From positions 69,120 through 133,119 of the forward strand of contig PKTH01000040.1 of NCBI GenBank assembly GCA_002869265.1: a DNA stretch of 64,000 bases. The letters run 5' to 3'. This stretch comes from Candidatus Parcubacteria bacterium (GTDB lineage Bacteria > Patescibacteriota > Patescibacteriia > Patescibacteriales > BM507). Every line of letters starts with the position of its first letter. The stretch's first letter is position 1. A model generated the notes under the pieces. The model made no database searches. It was given only the letters and a program-made list of their open reading frames with translations, and had not been told where the DNA came from. The position numbers and the translations under genes are program-made. Of this stretch, positions 10,304 to 19,140 are shown one piece after another.

Positions 10304-11014
10304 CTAGTAATTGCTTTTTAGTTTATAATTCCTATCAATAACTTTGCCATCTCGTAAAAAAATTATTCTATCGGCAAACTTAGCAACCTCAGCCGTATGG
10401 GTAACCATCACAACAGTTTTACCATCTTTCTTGAAGTTTTTGAATATTTCCATCACCTCAAGTCCAGACTTAGAATCAAGAGCCCCTGTTGGTTCATCGG
10501 CCAGGATGATCTCTGGTTCATTTACCAATGCTCTGGCCACAGCTACTCTTTGTTGTTGACCACCAGAAAGTTCAGTCGGCTTATGCCCAAGTCTATCCCC
10601 CAAACCAACCCTGTTAAGCAAATCTTTTGCTTTCTCTTCTCTTTCCTGTCTGTCTGCTCCGGCATAAAGTGCTGGCAAAGCAACGTTTTTTATAGCAGTC
10701 TTTCTTGTAAACAAATTAAATTGCTGAAAAATAAAACCCATTTTCTTGTTTCTAATATAAGCCAGAGTAAAGTCATCTCTCACCGAACCTATATCTTCAC
10801 CATCAAGCAAATACTCACCTTCAGATAATGGGTGTAAACAGCCTATGATATTTAGAAGAGTAGTTTTACCCCCGCCAGATTCTCCCATCAAGGCAACAAA
10901 TTCTCCCTCCTTAATCCTTAAATCAATTCCTTTTAAGACAGGTATTTCTTCTCCATTGCTTAGGTAATATGATTTCTTGACATCTTTTAATTCGATTGCG
11001 ATATTATCCTTCAT
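10304..11014 (-). CDS. ABC transporter ATP-binding protein (MacB/LolD-like)
   Basis: Walker A GESGGGKTT, Q-loop, signature LSGGQQQRVAVARA, Walker B ILADEPTGALD and an H-loop. Confidence 0.92.
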   Translation of the reverse strand: MKDNIAIELKDVKKSYYLSNGEEIPVLKGIDLRIKEGEFVALMGESGGGKTTLLNIIGCLHPLSEGEYLLDGEDIGSVRDDFTLAYIRNKKMGFIFQQFNLFTRKTAIKNVALPALYAGADRQEREEKAKDLLNRVGLGDRLGHKPTELSGGQQQRVAVARALVNEPEIILADEPTGALDSKSGLEVMEIFKNFKKDGKTVVMVTHTAEVAKFADRIIFLRDGKVIDRNYKLKSNY

Positions 11015-11019
11015 AAACT

Positions 11020-12882
11020 TTAATAAATAATTTTATCTCCAGCGCTAAGACCGCTAATCACTTCAACATATTTACCGTCTGTAAACCCAGTAATGACAGT
11101 AACCCAATCTCCTATCTCCGTCTGCACTGAAGGCTTTCCTGAAACATTTCTAACAGCGCTCACTGGTACCACTAAAACATCATTAGCCTCAGAGGTCACA
11201 AAATCGATGTAAGCACTCATGCCTTCTCTTATTTCATTCTCTCCTTTCGAAAATAGTACTCTCACTAAGTATGTCACAATACCATTATTGTTTGTTTCAG
11301 AGGTAAGGGAGATAAAGCTAATTTCTCCTTCTAGTTTTAGTTCATCCAGAGCATCAAAGGTGGCGTAAGCCTTTTGTCCAATTTTTAATATTGCGATATC
11401 AGCCTCTTCAATATCAACCTCAATAAACAAAGTATCATTATTAATAATAGTAGCAACTGTTTTACTATTATCTGTTATTATATCGCCGGCATCATAATTT
11501 AGTTCAACAATCTGGCCATCAATAGGAGAAACTAAGACTGCCTTATCTAATTCATTTTGAGCTTTTTCAAGTGAGATTGAAGAGCTGGTCAACCTGGATC
11601 TAGCGGATGCTAGTTCTGATTCACTTAATGGCTCCTTCAGTTCTTCTAGACTTCTTTCTGCTTGTTCTAAGGACATTTCTTTGGTGGTCACATTAGCTTC
11701 TGCGTTTTTTATACTTCTCTCACCGTCCTGCTTGGTGGTTTCTAAATCTCTTAATGCTTCCTCATATTCCGTCTCGTAATCGTCTAGGCTGTCGATAGTA
11801 TCATTTATTTCATTTTCTTTACTATTTAATGTGGTTATCTTTGAATTAATACTTGTCCTATTGCTAGAAATTGAATTAATAAGAGAATCAAGGCTAGATT
11901 GACTAAAATCAATGCTTGTAACAGTCGCATCTAACATTAATTTCATGTCATACAAATGATCTTCGAAACTTTCTAGGGTAAGTATTGTTTGTTTTAATGC
12001 TTCATCAATCATATAGTAGCTACTAGAAAAATTAATAGTTACCGCTTGCTTATTTAGCTCAATACTATCTTCCTTTGCCTTATTATAACTTTTTAATGCG
12101 TCTGTTTTAGTCGAAGAGTCTTTTACGCCAAGCAGGTTTTCATAATCATCATTTAAATTCTTTTGATCAACTCCTAATATTTCATCACTTTTCTTTAAAA
12201 TTGATTCAATAGAAATATTTGTGGATTTAATAAACTCAACCAATGACTCATAGGCATCTTTCACTTGTTCGCTGTCTTCTACATTAATGTTGTCCTCCCA
12301 GGCTTCTTTGGCTTCATCTAATTTCTTCTGTGCGTTATATATATTATCTTCTACATTAGTTTTCGTTGATTCAAGGCTATCCTTGGCTTGCTCCAATGAC
12401 AATATTGCACTGGTTATCTTATCTTGAGCATCTGAAATCTCATCATCAGTTGCCCCAGCCATTGTTTCATTATAATCAGCTAAAGTAGACTGATAAGAGC
12501 TCCAGGCGCTTCTTAGGCTCAAATCTAGGGTATCAGAATTAACTGAAGCAATTTTATCTCCTTTGTTGATTTTATCACCTTCGTTTACAAACACTTCACT
12601 TACTTCCAGATTATCACCAGAAACCGAAAAGCTTAGTTCTACACCATCTTTGGCGACCACTTTACCATCTGCTTCTACAGAAACCATAATATCATCTTGC
12701 TTTACTATCCATTGTTTTATTGTTTTCTCTACTACATTCTCCTCTTTTTTGTTTAAAAAGAAATAAGATCCTCCCCCTACAAGTAAAATAAAAATTATTA
12801 AATACACTATTTTTTTATTTCTCCAAAAACCTAATAAGCCTGTTTGTTTTGCTTTTTTGCTTTCTTCTATTATTGATGCCAT
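11020..12882 (-). CDS. Membrane-fusion (HlyD/MacA-like) adaptor with very long coiled coil
   Basis: N-terminal TM, a lipoyl-like motif (VNEGDKINKGDKIASV), more than 300 aa of coiled-coil-like sequence, then a second lipoyl half and beta-barrel (VLVSPIDGQIVELNYDAGD). Confidence 0.7.
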   Translation of the reverse strand: MASIIEESKKAKQTGLLGFWRNKKIVYLIIFILLVGGGSYFFLNKKEENVVEKTIKQWIVKQDDIMVSVEADGKVVAKDGVELSFSVSGDNLEVSEVFVNEGDKINKGDKIASVNSDTLDLSLRSAWSSYQSTLADYNETMAGATDDEISDAQDKITSAILSLEQAKDSLESTKTNVEDNIYNAQKKLDEAKEAWEDNINVEDSEQVKDAYESLVEFIKSTNISIESILKKSDEILGVDQKNLNDDYENLLGVKDSSTKTDALKSYNKAKEDSIELNKQAVTINFSSSYYMIDEALKQTILTLESFEDHLYDMKLMLDATVTSIDFSQSSLDSLINSISSNRTSINSKITTLNSKENEINDTIDSLDDYETEYEEALRDLETTKQDGERSIKNAEANVTTKEMSLEQAERSLEELKEPLSESELASARSRLTSSSISLEKAQNELDKAVLVSPIDGQIVELNYDAGDIITDNSKTVATIINNDTLFIEVDIEEADIAILKIGQKAYATFDALDELKLEGEISFISLTSETNNNGIVTYLVRVLFSKGENEIREGMSAYIDFVTSEANDVLVVPVSAVRNVSGKPSVQTEIGDWVTVITGFTDGKYVEVISGLSAGDKIIY

Positions 12883-12886
12883 ATTT

Positions 12887-13501
12887 TTATCTTGTTATTA
12901 ATACGAAATCCGCTATCATTCTGTCCTCCACTTCCTCGTTTAACCAAACCTGAATCATAGTATTTTCTTTTATGTCTTCTAGACTAGCTTCAACCATCTC
13001 AGCTCCGAGTTCTGAGCTGGAAGGTCTTAGCATTTGAATACCTACAGGGACTAAGATTGTCTCTTCTCCCGTACTCATACTTTTAAATCTCTCGAGCATA
13101 GCCTCTTCATCAAAGTCCTCCCCCTCTAGCCTTTGTCCTCTTCCCATACCCATTCCAGGGCCCATCCCTGGAACTCTTCTCCCGGTGCTTAAAACAGGAG
13201 CATTAGTATTAGAATCGTTGTTTGTTTCACTTCTTCTAAAGTCCTCTGTATCACCCTCCTGATTTTGTGGCCTTTCTATTTTTAATATAGTAACCTCGTT
13301 CCCAGTTAAAGTTTTAACTAAGCCCCTCACATCAGAAGCTCTATCGGGTTGCCCAAAATCTGGTCTCCTAAAATCGTCTATTTGCCCCTGTCTCGTGGGA
13401 GAACTACTTGTTACGGTATTGCTATTTGACCCATTAGAGCAGCCGGTCAAAAGTGTTAATGCAAAAAAAGTAAACACTCCAAATATAAATGTTTTTTTCA
13501 T
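12887..13501 (-). CDS. Lipoprotein with Gly/Met-rich segment (paralog of 8536..9099)
   Basis: Lipobox LLTGC and a Met/Gly-rich stretch VPGMGPGMGMGRGQR. Has the same conserved C-terminal blocks as the 187-aa lipoprotein. Confidence 0.6.
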   Translation of the reverse strand: MKKTFIFGVFTFFALTLLTGCSNGSNSNTVTSSSPTRQGQIDDFRRPDFGQPDRASDVRGLVKTLTGNEVTILKIERPQNQEGDTEDFRRSETNNDSNTNAPVLSTGRRVPGMGPGMGMGRGQRLEGEDFDEEAMLERFKSMSTGEETILVPVGIQMLRPSSSELGAEMVEASLEDIKENTMIQVWLNEEVEDRMIADFVLITR

Positions 13502-13555
13502 AGTTTATTATTTAAAATCAAGGGAAGTACAAAAAGTACCTCCTCTGATTTCAAA

Positions 13556-14185
13556 TTAATTATCTGAATTAATCATTCCTTGCCATTTTCCTCCCATTCT
13601 CCCCTTTCCAAATCCATCTCTCATCCCCATCTCAAGACCAAGATCTTCTTTTATTTGATTTGCCTCTTCAAAATCTCCGGCCTCAAATAATTCATGAGAT
13701 TCTACTAGTTTTTGAAAGTCTTCTTCTGTTTGGATTATTTCTGACATTCTGGTATCTCCGACCTCTTCTTTCCAAGCTTCGTAATCACCAGACTCAATTG
13801 CCTCATAGCCTATTTGATTGTGACCATCTCTGCCGTGCATACCTCCGCCATCTCTCATCCCCTTGGGCCCCATCTCTGGTAAGCCAAGTTCTTCCCTTAG
13901 AACCTCTGCTTCTTCGAAGTCTCCTGATTGCATTAGGTTGTGCATTTCAGAATACTCTGAAAAGTTATCCTCTGTGATTAAATCTGTTATTCTTGGAATT
14001 GAGTTTTGAATACTCTTCCATGTGCCATAATCTCCATCTTCTATGGCTGCCTCGACAGCATCTCTTTGTTCCTCGTCTAGACCATAGCCTCCAAAATGTG
14101 CGCTTGTAATAGCTGTTACACCAAATGTGGCGACTATAGCAGAAATGGCAATAATGCCTGTAAATTTCTTTGAATTGTTTTTCAT
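13556..14185 (-). CDS. Secreted/anchored protein with two ~75-aa internal repeats and G/M/H/R-rich tails
   Basis: N-terminal hydrophobic segment. Repeats: AIEDGDYGTWK...TEDNF...SGDFEEAEVLREELGLPEMG versus AIESGDYEAWK...TEEDF...AGDFEEANQIKEDLGLEMG. Each is followed by a tail such as GMRDGGGMHGRDGH or GMRDGFGKGRMGGKWQGM. Confidence 0.5.
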   Translation of the reverse strand: MKNNSKKFTGIIAISAIVATFGVTAITSAHFGGYGLDEEQRDAVEAAIEDGDYGTWKSIQNSIPRITDLITEDNFSEYSEMHNLMQSGDFEEAEVLREELGLPEMGPKGMRDGGGMHGRDGHNQIGYEAIESGDYEAWKEEVGDTRMSEIIQTEEDFQKLVESHELFEAGDFEEANQIKEDLGLEMGMRDGFGKGRMGGKWQGMINSDN

Positions 14186-14235
14186 ATATATTTATTATTT
14201 ATTATTACCTAGGTTTGTCCGGGCCCGAACACTAA

Positions 14236-14267
14236 GTAATACGCAAACAATTTCTTTTTCTTTCAAA
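14236..14267 (-). promoter_or_regulatory. Candidate ECF-sigma promoter TTTGAAAG-N15-GCGTATTAC (copy 2)
   Basis: The minus strand reads TTTGAAAGAAAAAGAAATTGTTTGCGTATTAC. The blocks and spacing match those at 15849..15880. Lies upstream of the 13556..14185 gene. Confidence 0.4.
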
Positions 14268-14270
14268 ATA

Positions 14271-14295
14271 AAAAAACCTCCCAATGGGAGGTTTT
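14271..14295 (-). terminator. Rho-independent terminator
   Basis: CCTCCC-AAT-GGGAGG hairpin with a flanking A-run and T-run, just downstream of the 14307..15245 gene. Confidence 0.65.
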
Positions 14296-14306
14296 AAACA
14301 AATCAA

Positions 14307-15245
14307 CTATCTTTCTAAGATCGGCTCAGAGCTTGTACCGTGCCTTTCAAGAAACATCATTAGCTCTCTTCCGAACTGCCCTTCCGAACTTGTGGCATGT
14401 CCATCAAGAAAAGTTTTCAAGAATTCTCCCATCTCTGGTCTTTCTTCGATAATCCTTCTCATCTCATCTATTTTTTGCATCTTTCTCTCTGGGTCTTCCA
14501 TCATATGCATCCCCCGACCCATCATTCCTCTTTCTAAAAATGCTCCCCCCGGTCTAAGCGGTCTAAAATCTTTTGCCTCAAAAATATTATTACTGAGAAT
14601 ATTCCCAATCAAACTAATCTTCATGTTATTTTCTAGTTTTGGCATTCTAAAAATTTCTTCCTTATTGTATACAATCAGCCAATCAACATTTTCTGCATCT
14701 CGAAAATTAAACTCAGCGTCAGAAACTATCCCCATAACTTGCCCAGTTAAGTATCCTTTTTCTGGGTTATTCCAAAACAGTGGTTTTCTATTTATTATTT
14801 CTTTATAAAAAGGGGCTCTGCTGCCAAGGATGTCGTCAATGGCCTGTCCCATTCCAATCTTATAAAAAATACCACCCAATAGAACGCTAGCGAACACACT
14901 GATTAAAACCACTACGGGCAAGCGATAACGATATCCTTTATTTGTGTGCCTTATATAATAATCGGCCACCAAGACAAAAATAATTAAAAACACAATCCAA
15001 AAATATGGAAGGGTAAGCAAAATAAACTGTGGTATACTGTCGCTGATATAATGATACTCTTCCCAGCCGTTATAGCGCAGCATATAAATAATGACTGATA
15101 GGGCGAGGGCCCCTATAACCAAAGAAATAAGGCCAGCAAACCAAACAACGTAATTGCGCAACAAAAAGGTCCACTTTGGCTTTGGAATAATCTTGTGTTT
15201 TTTAATTGACTCAAGCACTTTTTGGCTTAGTTCTTTTTTGTTCAT
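14307..15245 (-). CDS. Polytopic membrane protein downstream of ECF sigma (possible anti-sigma/sensor)
   Basis: Its start abuts the sigma stop codon. About 4 TM helices, a soluble C-terminal part and a Met-rich stretch RGMMGRGMHMMEDPE. No recognisable anti-sigma motif, so the role is inferred from position only. Confidence 0.45.
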   Translation of the reverse strand: MNKKELSQKVLESIKKHKIIPKPKWTFLLRNYVVWFAGLISLVIGALALSVIIYMLRYNGWEEYHYISDSIPQFILLTLPYFWIVFLIIFVLVADYYIRHTNKGYRYRLPVVVLISVFASVLLGGIFYKIGMGQAIDDILGSRAPFYKEIINRKPLFWNNPEKGYLTGQVMGIVSDAEFNFRDAENVDWLIVYNKEEIFRMPKLENNMKISLIGNILSNNIFEAKDFRPLRPGGAFLERGMMGRGMHMMEDPERKMQKIDEMRRIIEERPEMGEFLKTFLDGHATSSEGQFGRELMMFLERHGTSSEPILER

Positions 15246-15246
15246 A

Positions 15247-15831
15247 TTATTTAAATTGAATATTTTGACTTTCTATTTCTTTTTCCATCTTCTTTTTAGC
15301 TCTGTTTATCAAAGTGGCTACAGTTCCCATTGGTTTTTTAATAATATCAGATATCTCTTTATAATCACGTTCTTCTAAAAACTTCAAAACTAAAACATCC
15401 CTATATTTTGGTTCTAACTGATTCAAAACCTTTCCAAGAAGCTCCTTATTTAACTGAGCATCAACCTCTTTTAGAACGTCGAATTCCCCCGATATATTAT
15501 TAAACTCCTCTTCGGTTATCTCAAATACTTGTCCTTCCGCTCTAGATTTCAATTTTCTAAAACTACTTATGACATGATTGTGGGTTATTCTGTAAATCCA
15601 GGAACTAAATTTGAGAGAAGGATCATATGAGTTTAAATTCTGATAAACTTTTATAAAAACTTCCTGTAAAATATCTTCTGCTTCTTCAAAAGAAAAATTT
15701 GATATCCTCCTTATATATCTAAAAAGCCGCTCTTCGTGTCTTTTCATGATACACAAAAAATAGCTTTGGTTTTCAGAAGCTAGTCTAACTAATTCTTCAT
15801 CGCTTTTTTCCTGACAATCTATACCTTGCAT
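15247..15831 (-). CDS. ECF-type RNA polymerase sigma-70 family factor
   Basis: Region 2 (EDILQEVFIKVYQNL...FSSWIYRITHN) and a region 4 HTH (YRDVLVLKFLEERDYKEISDIIKKPMGTVATLINRAKKKM). Confidence 0.85.
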   Translation of the reverse strand: MQGIDCQEKSDEELVRLASENQSYFLCIMKRHEERLFRYIRRISNFSFEEAEDILQEVFIKVYQNLNSYDPSLKFSSWIYRITHNHVISSFRKLKSRAEGQVFEITEEEFNNISGEFDVLKEVDAQLNKELLGKVLNQLEPKYRDVLVLKFLEERDYKEISDIIKKPMGTVATLINRAKKKMEKEIESQNIQFK

Positions 15832-15848
15832 TTTTTTGTTTATACTGT

Positions 15849-15880
15849 GTAATACGCAATTTTACTACTTTTCTTTCAAA
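15849..15880 (-). promoter_or_regulatory. Candidate ECF-sigma promoter TTTGAAAG-N15-GCGTATTAC (copy 1, autoregulatory position)
   Basis: The minus strand reads TTTGAAAGAAAAGTAGTAAAATTGCGTATTAC, about 18 nt upstream of the sigma ATG at 15831. Confidence 0.4.
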
Positions 15881-15885
15881 AAGAA

Positions 15886-15905
15886 AAGGGGCGCTGTGGC
15901 CCCTT
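15886..15905 (-). terminator. Rho-independent terminator
   Basis: AAGGGGC-GCTGTG-GCCCCTT hairpin followed by a T-rich tract on the minus strand. Lies after the small gene 15913..16092. Confidence 0.6.
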
Positions 15906-15912
15906 AGTGTTT

Positions 15913-16092
15913 TTAGAAGATAAGATTAATGATTTTTTCAATAATATGTGCAATCGGCTCAGTGAAGGTGCCAACCCACATCTCCAAGGCAAAGGCTGGA
16001 GAAAGCATTAGCAGGGCTACAGCCCCGGTAAGCAATTTGATTAGATCATTACACTCTCCACTCTCTTCAATATCATCAATATAATCGCTCAT
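15913..16092 (-). CDS. Small hydrophobic protein (59 aa), unknown function
   Basis: The internal ATG at 16092 is preceded by AAAGGAGAGTGAG, and the product has one hydrophobic helix. The ORF-track start at 16122 has no SD. Confidence 0.4.
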   Translation of the reverse strand: MSDYIDDIEESGECNDLIKLLTGAVALLMLSPAFALEMWVGTFTEPIAHIIEKIINLIF

Positions 16093-16134
16093 CTCACTCT
16101 CCTTTCTCAAAAAAATGTACAATTCAGTGTGTAT

Positions 16135-16163
16135 ATATTAACACAAAAGGCCTAATGAGTCAA
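16135..16163 (-). promoter_or_regulatory. Sigma70-type promoter TTGACT-17-TAATAT
   Basis: On the minus strand, TTGACT is at 16163..16158 and TAATAT at 16140..16135, upstream of the 59-aa gene. Confidence 0.45.
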
Positions 16164-16224
16164 TGGTTAATTAAAAATGCTAAACAACATTTTTTAATTA
16201 ACTGTGATATATAAGCATATTTGG

Positions 16225-17775
16225 CTACTCCTCAAGTACCTGATCAATCATTAATGGCTCTTCCATGGTTCTCATAATAACTGGCTCGACAACACCAGTC
16301 CCTCGACTCTGAAGCATCTCATCAATAAGGGGTATAACTATATTGTTTTGATAAAAATTTACACCCTCTGGTTTTTCTAAAATTGGAAATATTAATGCGG
16401 GCACTAAAAGCTCCTGACTTACACCATCTCTATAATCCCAATATTGAACTAACTCTTGTTTCGGTTCTCCAAGGAGAATATCAATTTTTTCGGCTTTCTC
16501 ATCAAAATATCTGTTAAGACCACCTTGTTCTAGTACAGCCAATACTTTTTCAATGTCAGTAACAGCCTTATACTGAGATTTTTCATAATCGTTAACCGAC
16601 AAGGAACTTAATCCTGATACTTTATTATATTTAATATTCACATTAACCCTAACTCCACTAAGACCGCCACTCTGATCATACACACTTTGATTATCAACAA
16701 GCGTTGGATAAATAACAGAGATTGTCTCAGGGATATAGGCATTTGTTTTATTCTCAGTTCTTTCATAATTTTCAAACCACCTTTTATCAATCTCTGGCTC
16801 TCCAAAGTCGCCAATATCTATTCCTCTCTCCCTCATAAAACTATTAGCAATTTTTATCAACGATGCATCAGAAGGAACATCTTCCAGGCTCAATCGCTGA
16901 GCTTCAAAACATTTTTCGTCTTGGCATTTTTCTAAATCAGTGTCTCTCCATCTTTCCCAATTTTGATTTATAGAAATAACGCCCTCCCCTAGATTAACAT
17001 TGACCCAATAACCAAAATCTCGATCCTCTACTAAACTAATATTTTGTAACATCGTATTTTCAAAACTGCCAAGATCCAATAATCCTAAATCAGCCTTAGT
17101 AAATTGACCAGCAAATGCTTTAGCTGCACTCAAATTTTTTACTTTTCGGTAAACATCTAATTCATCACTATTTAAAACCAACTCTCCCTCATAAACGTAT
17201 CGAAAAGAATAGCGTGGATAAGGAGCTATCATTTTAGTGCTAATCATATCATCTGTTGCAATTTCTGATACAGCTGCATCAGAAGCCAACATCGCAGTCG
17301 ATCCAATGCCTCCTCCCCCCGAAGCTCGAGGAACGGCCTCTTCACCCATTGTTAAATTTTGACTATCTTCAATTGCCAGATCCCCCAAACTACCAAATGC
17401 ACTACCTGAAAGATTAGAAATCTTTGGAGAAAGGCTTAGCTTTAAAATATCCCCTTGCTGCTCTATTGGATTAAAATTGCCAGATGGAAAAAAATTAAAG
17501 GCTATAAACAAGACTGCCACCATGGCAGCTCCTGCCACTGCATAATAAATCCTTTGTGGAAATAAATAACTTTTATTTATTGTATCAGCATCTCCTATCT
17601 TCTCTTGCTTTGATAATTCAAACTTTAATTCAGAAACAAATTTTTCATCAATCACTACCTTGGGTTTGTTGTCTAATAATTTTTCTATTATTTTAACCAA
17701 TCCTTCCTCTTGGTCTTTAAAAGTCTTATCCAGAGAGTAAAGATCATTTAGTATGTTTTTTACTTCTTTTTTCAT
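16225..17775 (-). CDS. Putative anti-sigma factor / single-pass membrane protein with large extracytoplasmic domain
   Basis: Starts 4 nt after the ECF sigma stop. Has a roughly 80-aa cytoplasmic N-terminus, one TM (IYYAVAGAAMVAVLFIAFNFF) and about 410 aa outside. The call rests on layout only. Confidence 0.45.
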   Translation of the reverse strand: MKKEVKNILNDLYSLDKTFKDQEEGLVKIIEKLLDNKPKVVIDEKFVSELKFELSKQEKIGDADTINKSYLFPQRIYYAVAGAAMVAVLFIAFNFFPSGNFNPIEQQGDILKLSLSPKISNLSGSAFGSLGDLAIEDSQNLTMGEEAVPRASGGGGIGSTAMLASDAAVSEIATDDMISTKMIAPYPRYSFRYVYEGELVLNSDELDVYRKVKNLSAAKAFAGQFTKADLGLLDLGSFENTMLQNISLVEDRDFGYWVNVNLGEGVISINQNWERWRDTDLEKCQDEKCFEAQRLSLEDVPSDASLIKIANSFMRERGIDIGDFGEPEIDKRWFENYERTENKTNAYIPETISVIYPTLVDNQSVYDQSGGLSGVRVNVNIKYNKVSGLSSLSVNDYEKSQYKAVTDIEKVLAVLEQGGLNRYFDEKAEKIDILLGEPKQELVQYWDYRDGVSQELLVPALIFPILEKPEGVNFYQNNIVIPLIDEMLQSRGTGVVEPVIMRTMEEPLMIDQVLEE

Positions 17776-17779
17776 ATTT

Positions 17780-18337
17780 TTAAAAAATTAATATTAATAA
17801 GATCACTTCAATTGGTAAATTTTTCTTCATTTCTTTTATGGTTCTAGAAAACATCACTTTAACACTCCCTTCATTTTTCCCTAGAATCTCTGAAATCTCC
17901 CTATAGCTCATTCCCTGCCATATTCTCATTATCACAATATCCCTCTTTTCACTTTTTATTTCAGCTAAATATTTTTTAACCAATAATATTTTTTCCTTAT
18001 TTTCTAAATCAACTAATAGGTCTTCACCGGAATCAATGTCCCAGAAATCTTCGATATTAGCCGTCTTCTTTGAAGATCGATAATGGTCAATAACTGTATT
18101 GCGAGCAATCTGGAAAAGCCAAGCTGCAAAATATTTCTCTTTTTTACCAAAGCTCTGAATATTTTTTACTGCTTTGAAAAATGTTTTACTAGTCAAATCT
18201 TCAGCAGTTTCCCGATGACTGGTCTTATAATAGATAAAATTATATATCTTATCTATATAGTCATCATATAATTCACCAAAACGTTCCAGGTCTCCTTTTT
18301 GACATGATTTAATTATTTCAATTTCTTTAAGTGTCAT
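17780..18337 (-). CDS. ECF-type RNA polymerase sigma-70 family factor
   Basis: Region 2 (AEDLTSKTFFKAVKNI...AWLFQIARNTVIDHYR) and region 4 (RDIVIMRIWQGMSYREISEILGKNEGSVKVMFSRTIKEM). Confidence 0.85.
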   Translation of the reverse strand: MTLKEIEIIKSCQKGDLERFGELYDDYIDKIYNFIYYKTSHRETAEDLTSKTFFKAVKNIQSFGKKEKYFAAWLFQIARNTVIDHYRSSKKTANIEDFWDIDSGEDLLVDLENKEKILLVKKYLAEIKSEKRDIVIMRIWQGMSYREISEILGKNEGSVKVMFSRTIKEMKKNLPIEVILLILIF

Positions 18338-18399
18338 TTATTTAAGCTTAAATTATCACTTCTATCATTTTAAACGTATAAATATGATAAAAGTAACAT

Positions 18400-19029
18400 T
18401 TATAATTTAGAATATATTTTATTGTACATTTTTTTATATATATTTAAAAATATGGCTAATAATAAGATAGCTGAAAAAATCTGAAGCCAAATCGGTATTT
18501 CTGAAAAATAGGCAAAAAAGATTGCGAAGGGAGTTAAGCCGATTATTGTTGCTAATAAATAGCTTCCTAGGCTCATGTTGGAAAAAAGTCCCAAGGCATA
18601 ACTTAAAACATCAACTGGCAAAATAAAACGCAAAAGGACAACGGACCAGAACAAGTTCTTCTGAGGCAAAATCTTAGACCAGCTCTCGATTCTATCAATA
18701 TCAGAAAATTCTCCAACTATTTTCCGGCCGTATTTTCTCGTTAAGAAAAACACCAAGCCAGAACCAAGTGTCCACCCTGCAATCGTATAGAGCGATGCTA
18801 GTATTGGCCCCCAGGCAACAACAGCTAATGGCAACAGGGGAAGAGTAGAGACGGGAGCAATAAATACCGCCAGGGCAGTAATGAAAAAATATGAAAATCT
18901 ACCCAAAGAATCATCAAATATATTATTTGTATCAATCAAAGCATAGGCCTCTTTACTAAAATATGAAACTAGAATAAAGAGAGAAATAACAAAAAGAACT
19001 AATATTTTTTCTTTGATGCTCTTTTTCAT
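18400..19029 (-). CDS. TVP38/TMEM64 (DedA/SNARE-associated-like) membrane protein
   Basis: Five or six TM helices and the characteristic FFLTRKYGRKIV motif after TM3. Confidence 0.65.
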   Translation of the reverse strand: MKKSIKEKILVLFVISLFILVSYFSKEAYALIDTNNIFDDSLGRFSYFFITALAVFIAPVSTLPLLPLAVVAWGPILASLYTIAGWTLGSGLVFFLTRKYGRKIVGEFSDIDRIESWSKILPQKNLFWSVVLLRFILPVDVLSYALGLFSNMSLGSYLLATIIGLTPFAIFFAYFSEIPIWLQIFSAILLLAIFLNIYKKMYNKIYSKL

Positions 19030-19087
19030 ATAATTATTTTATGATGATTTTATTAAAAAGACATTATTATTAATTAAAACCTTTTTC

Positions 19088-19116
19088 TTGAAAATTTTCA
19101 ATATTTAGGCTAAAAT
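19088..19116 (+). promoter_or_regulatory. Sigma70-type promoter TTGAAA-17-TAAAAT
   Basis: Hexamers at 19088..19093 and 19111..19116, about 25 nt upstream of the pheA ATG. Confidence 0.4.
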
Positions 19117-19140
19117 ATACTAACTATAATAAAGAAAACT

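Noticed and set aside
14284-14808. 174-aa plus-strand ORF
   Set aside because: It is antisense to the 312-aa membrane-protein gene that is translationally coupled to the ECF sigma gene. It starts inside a terminator hairpin.
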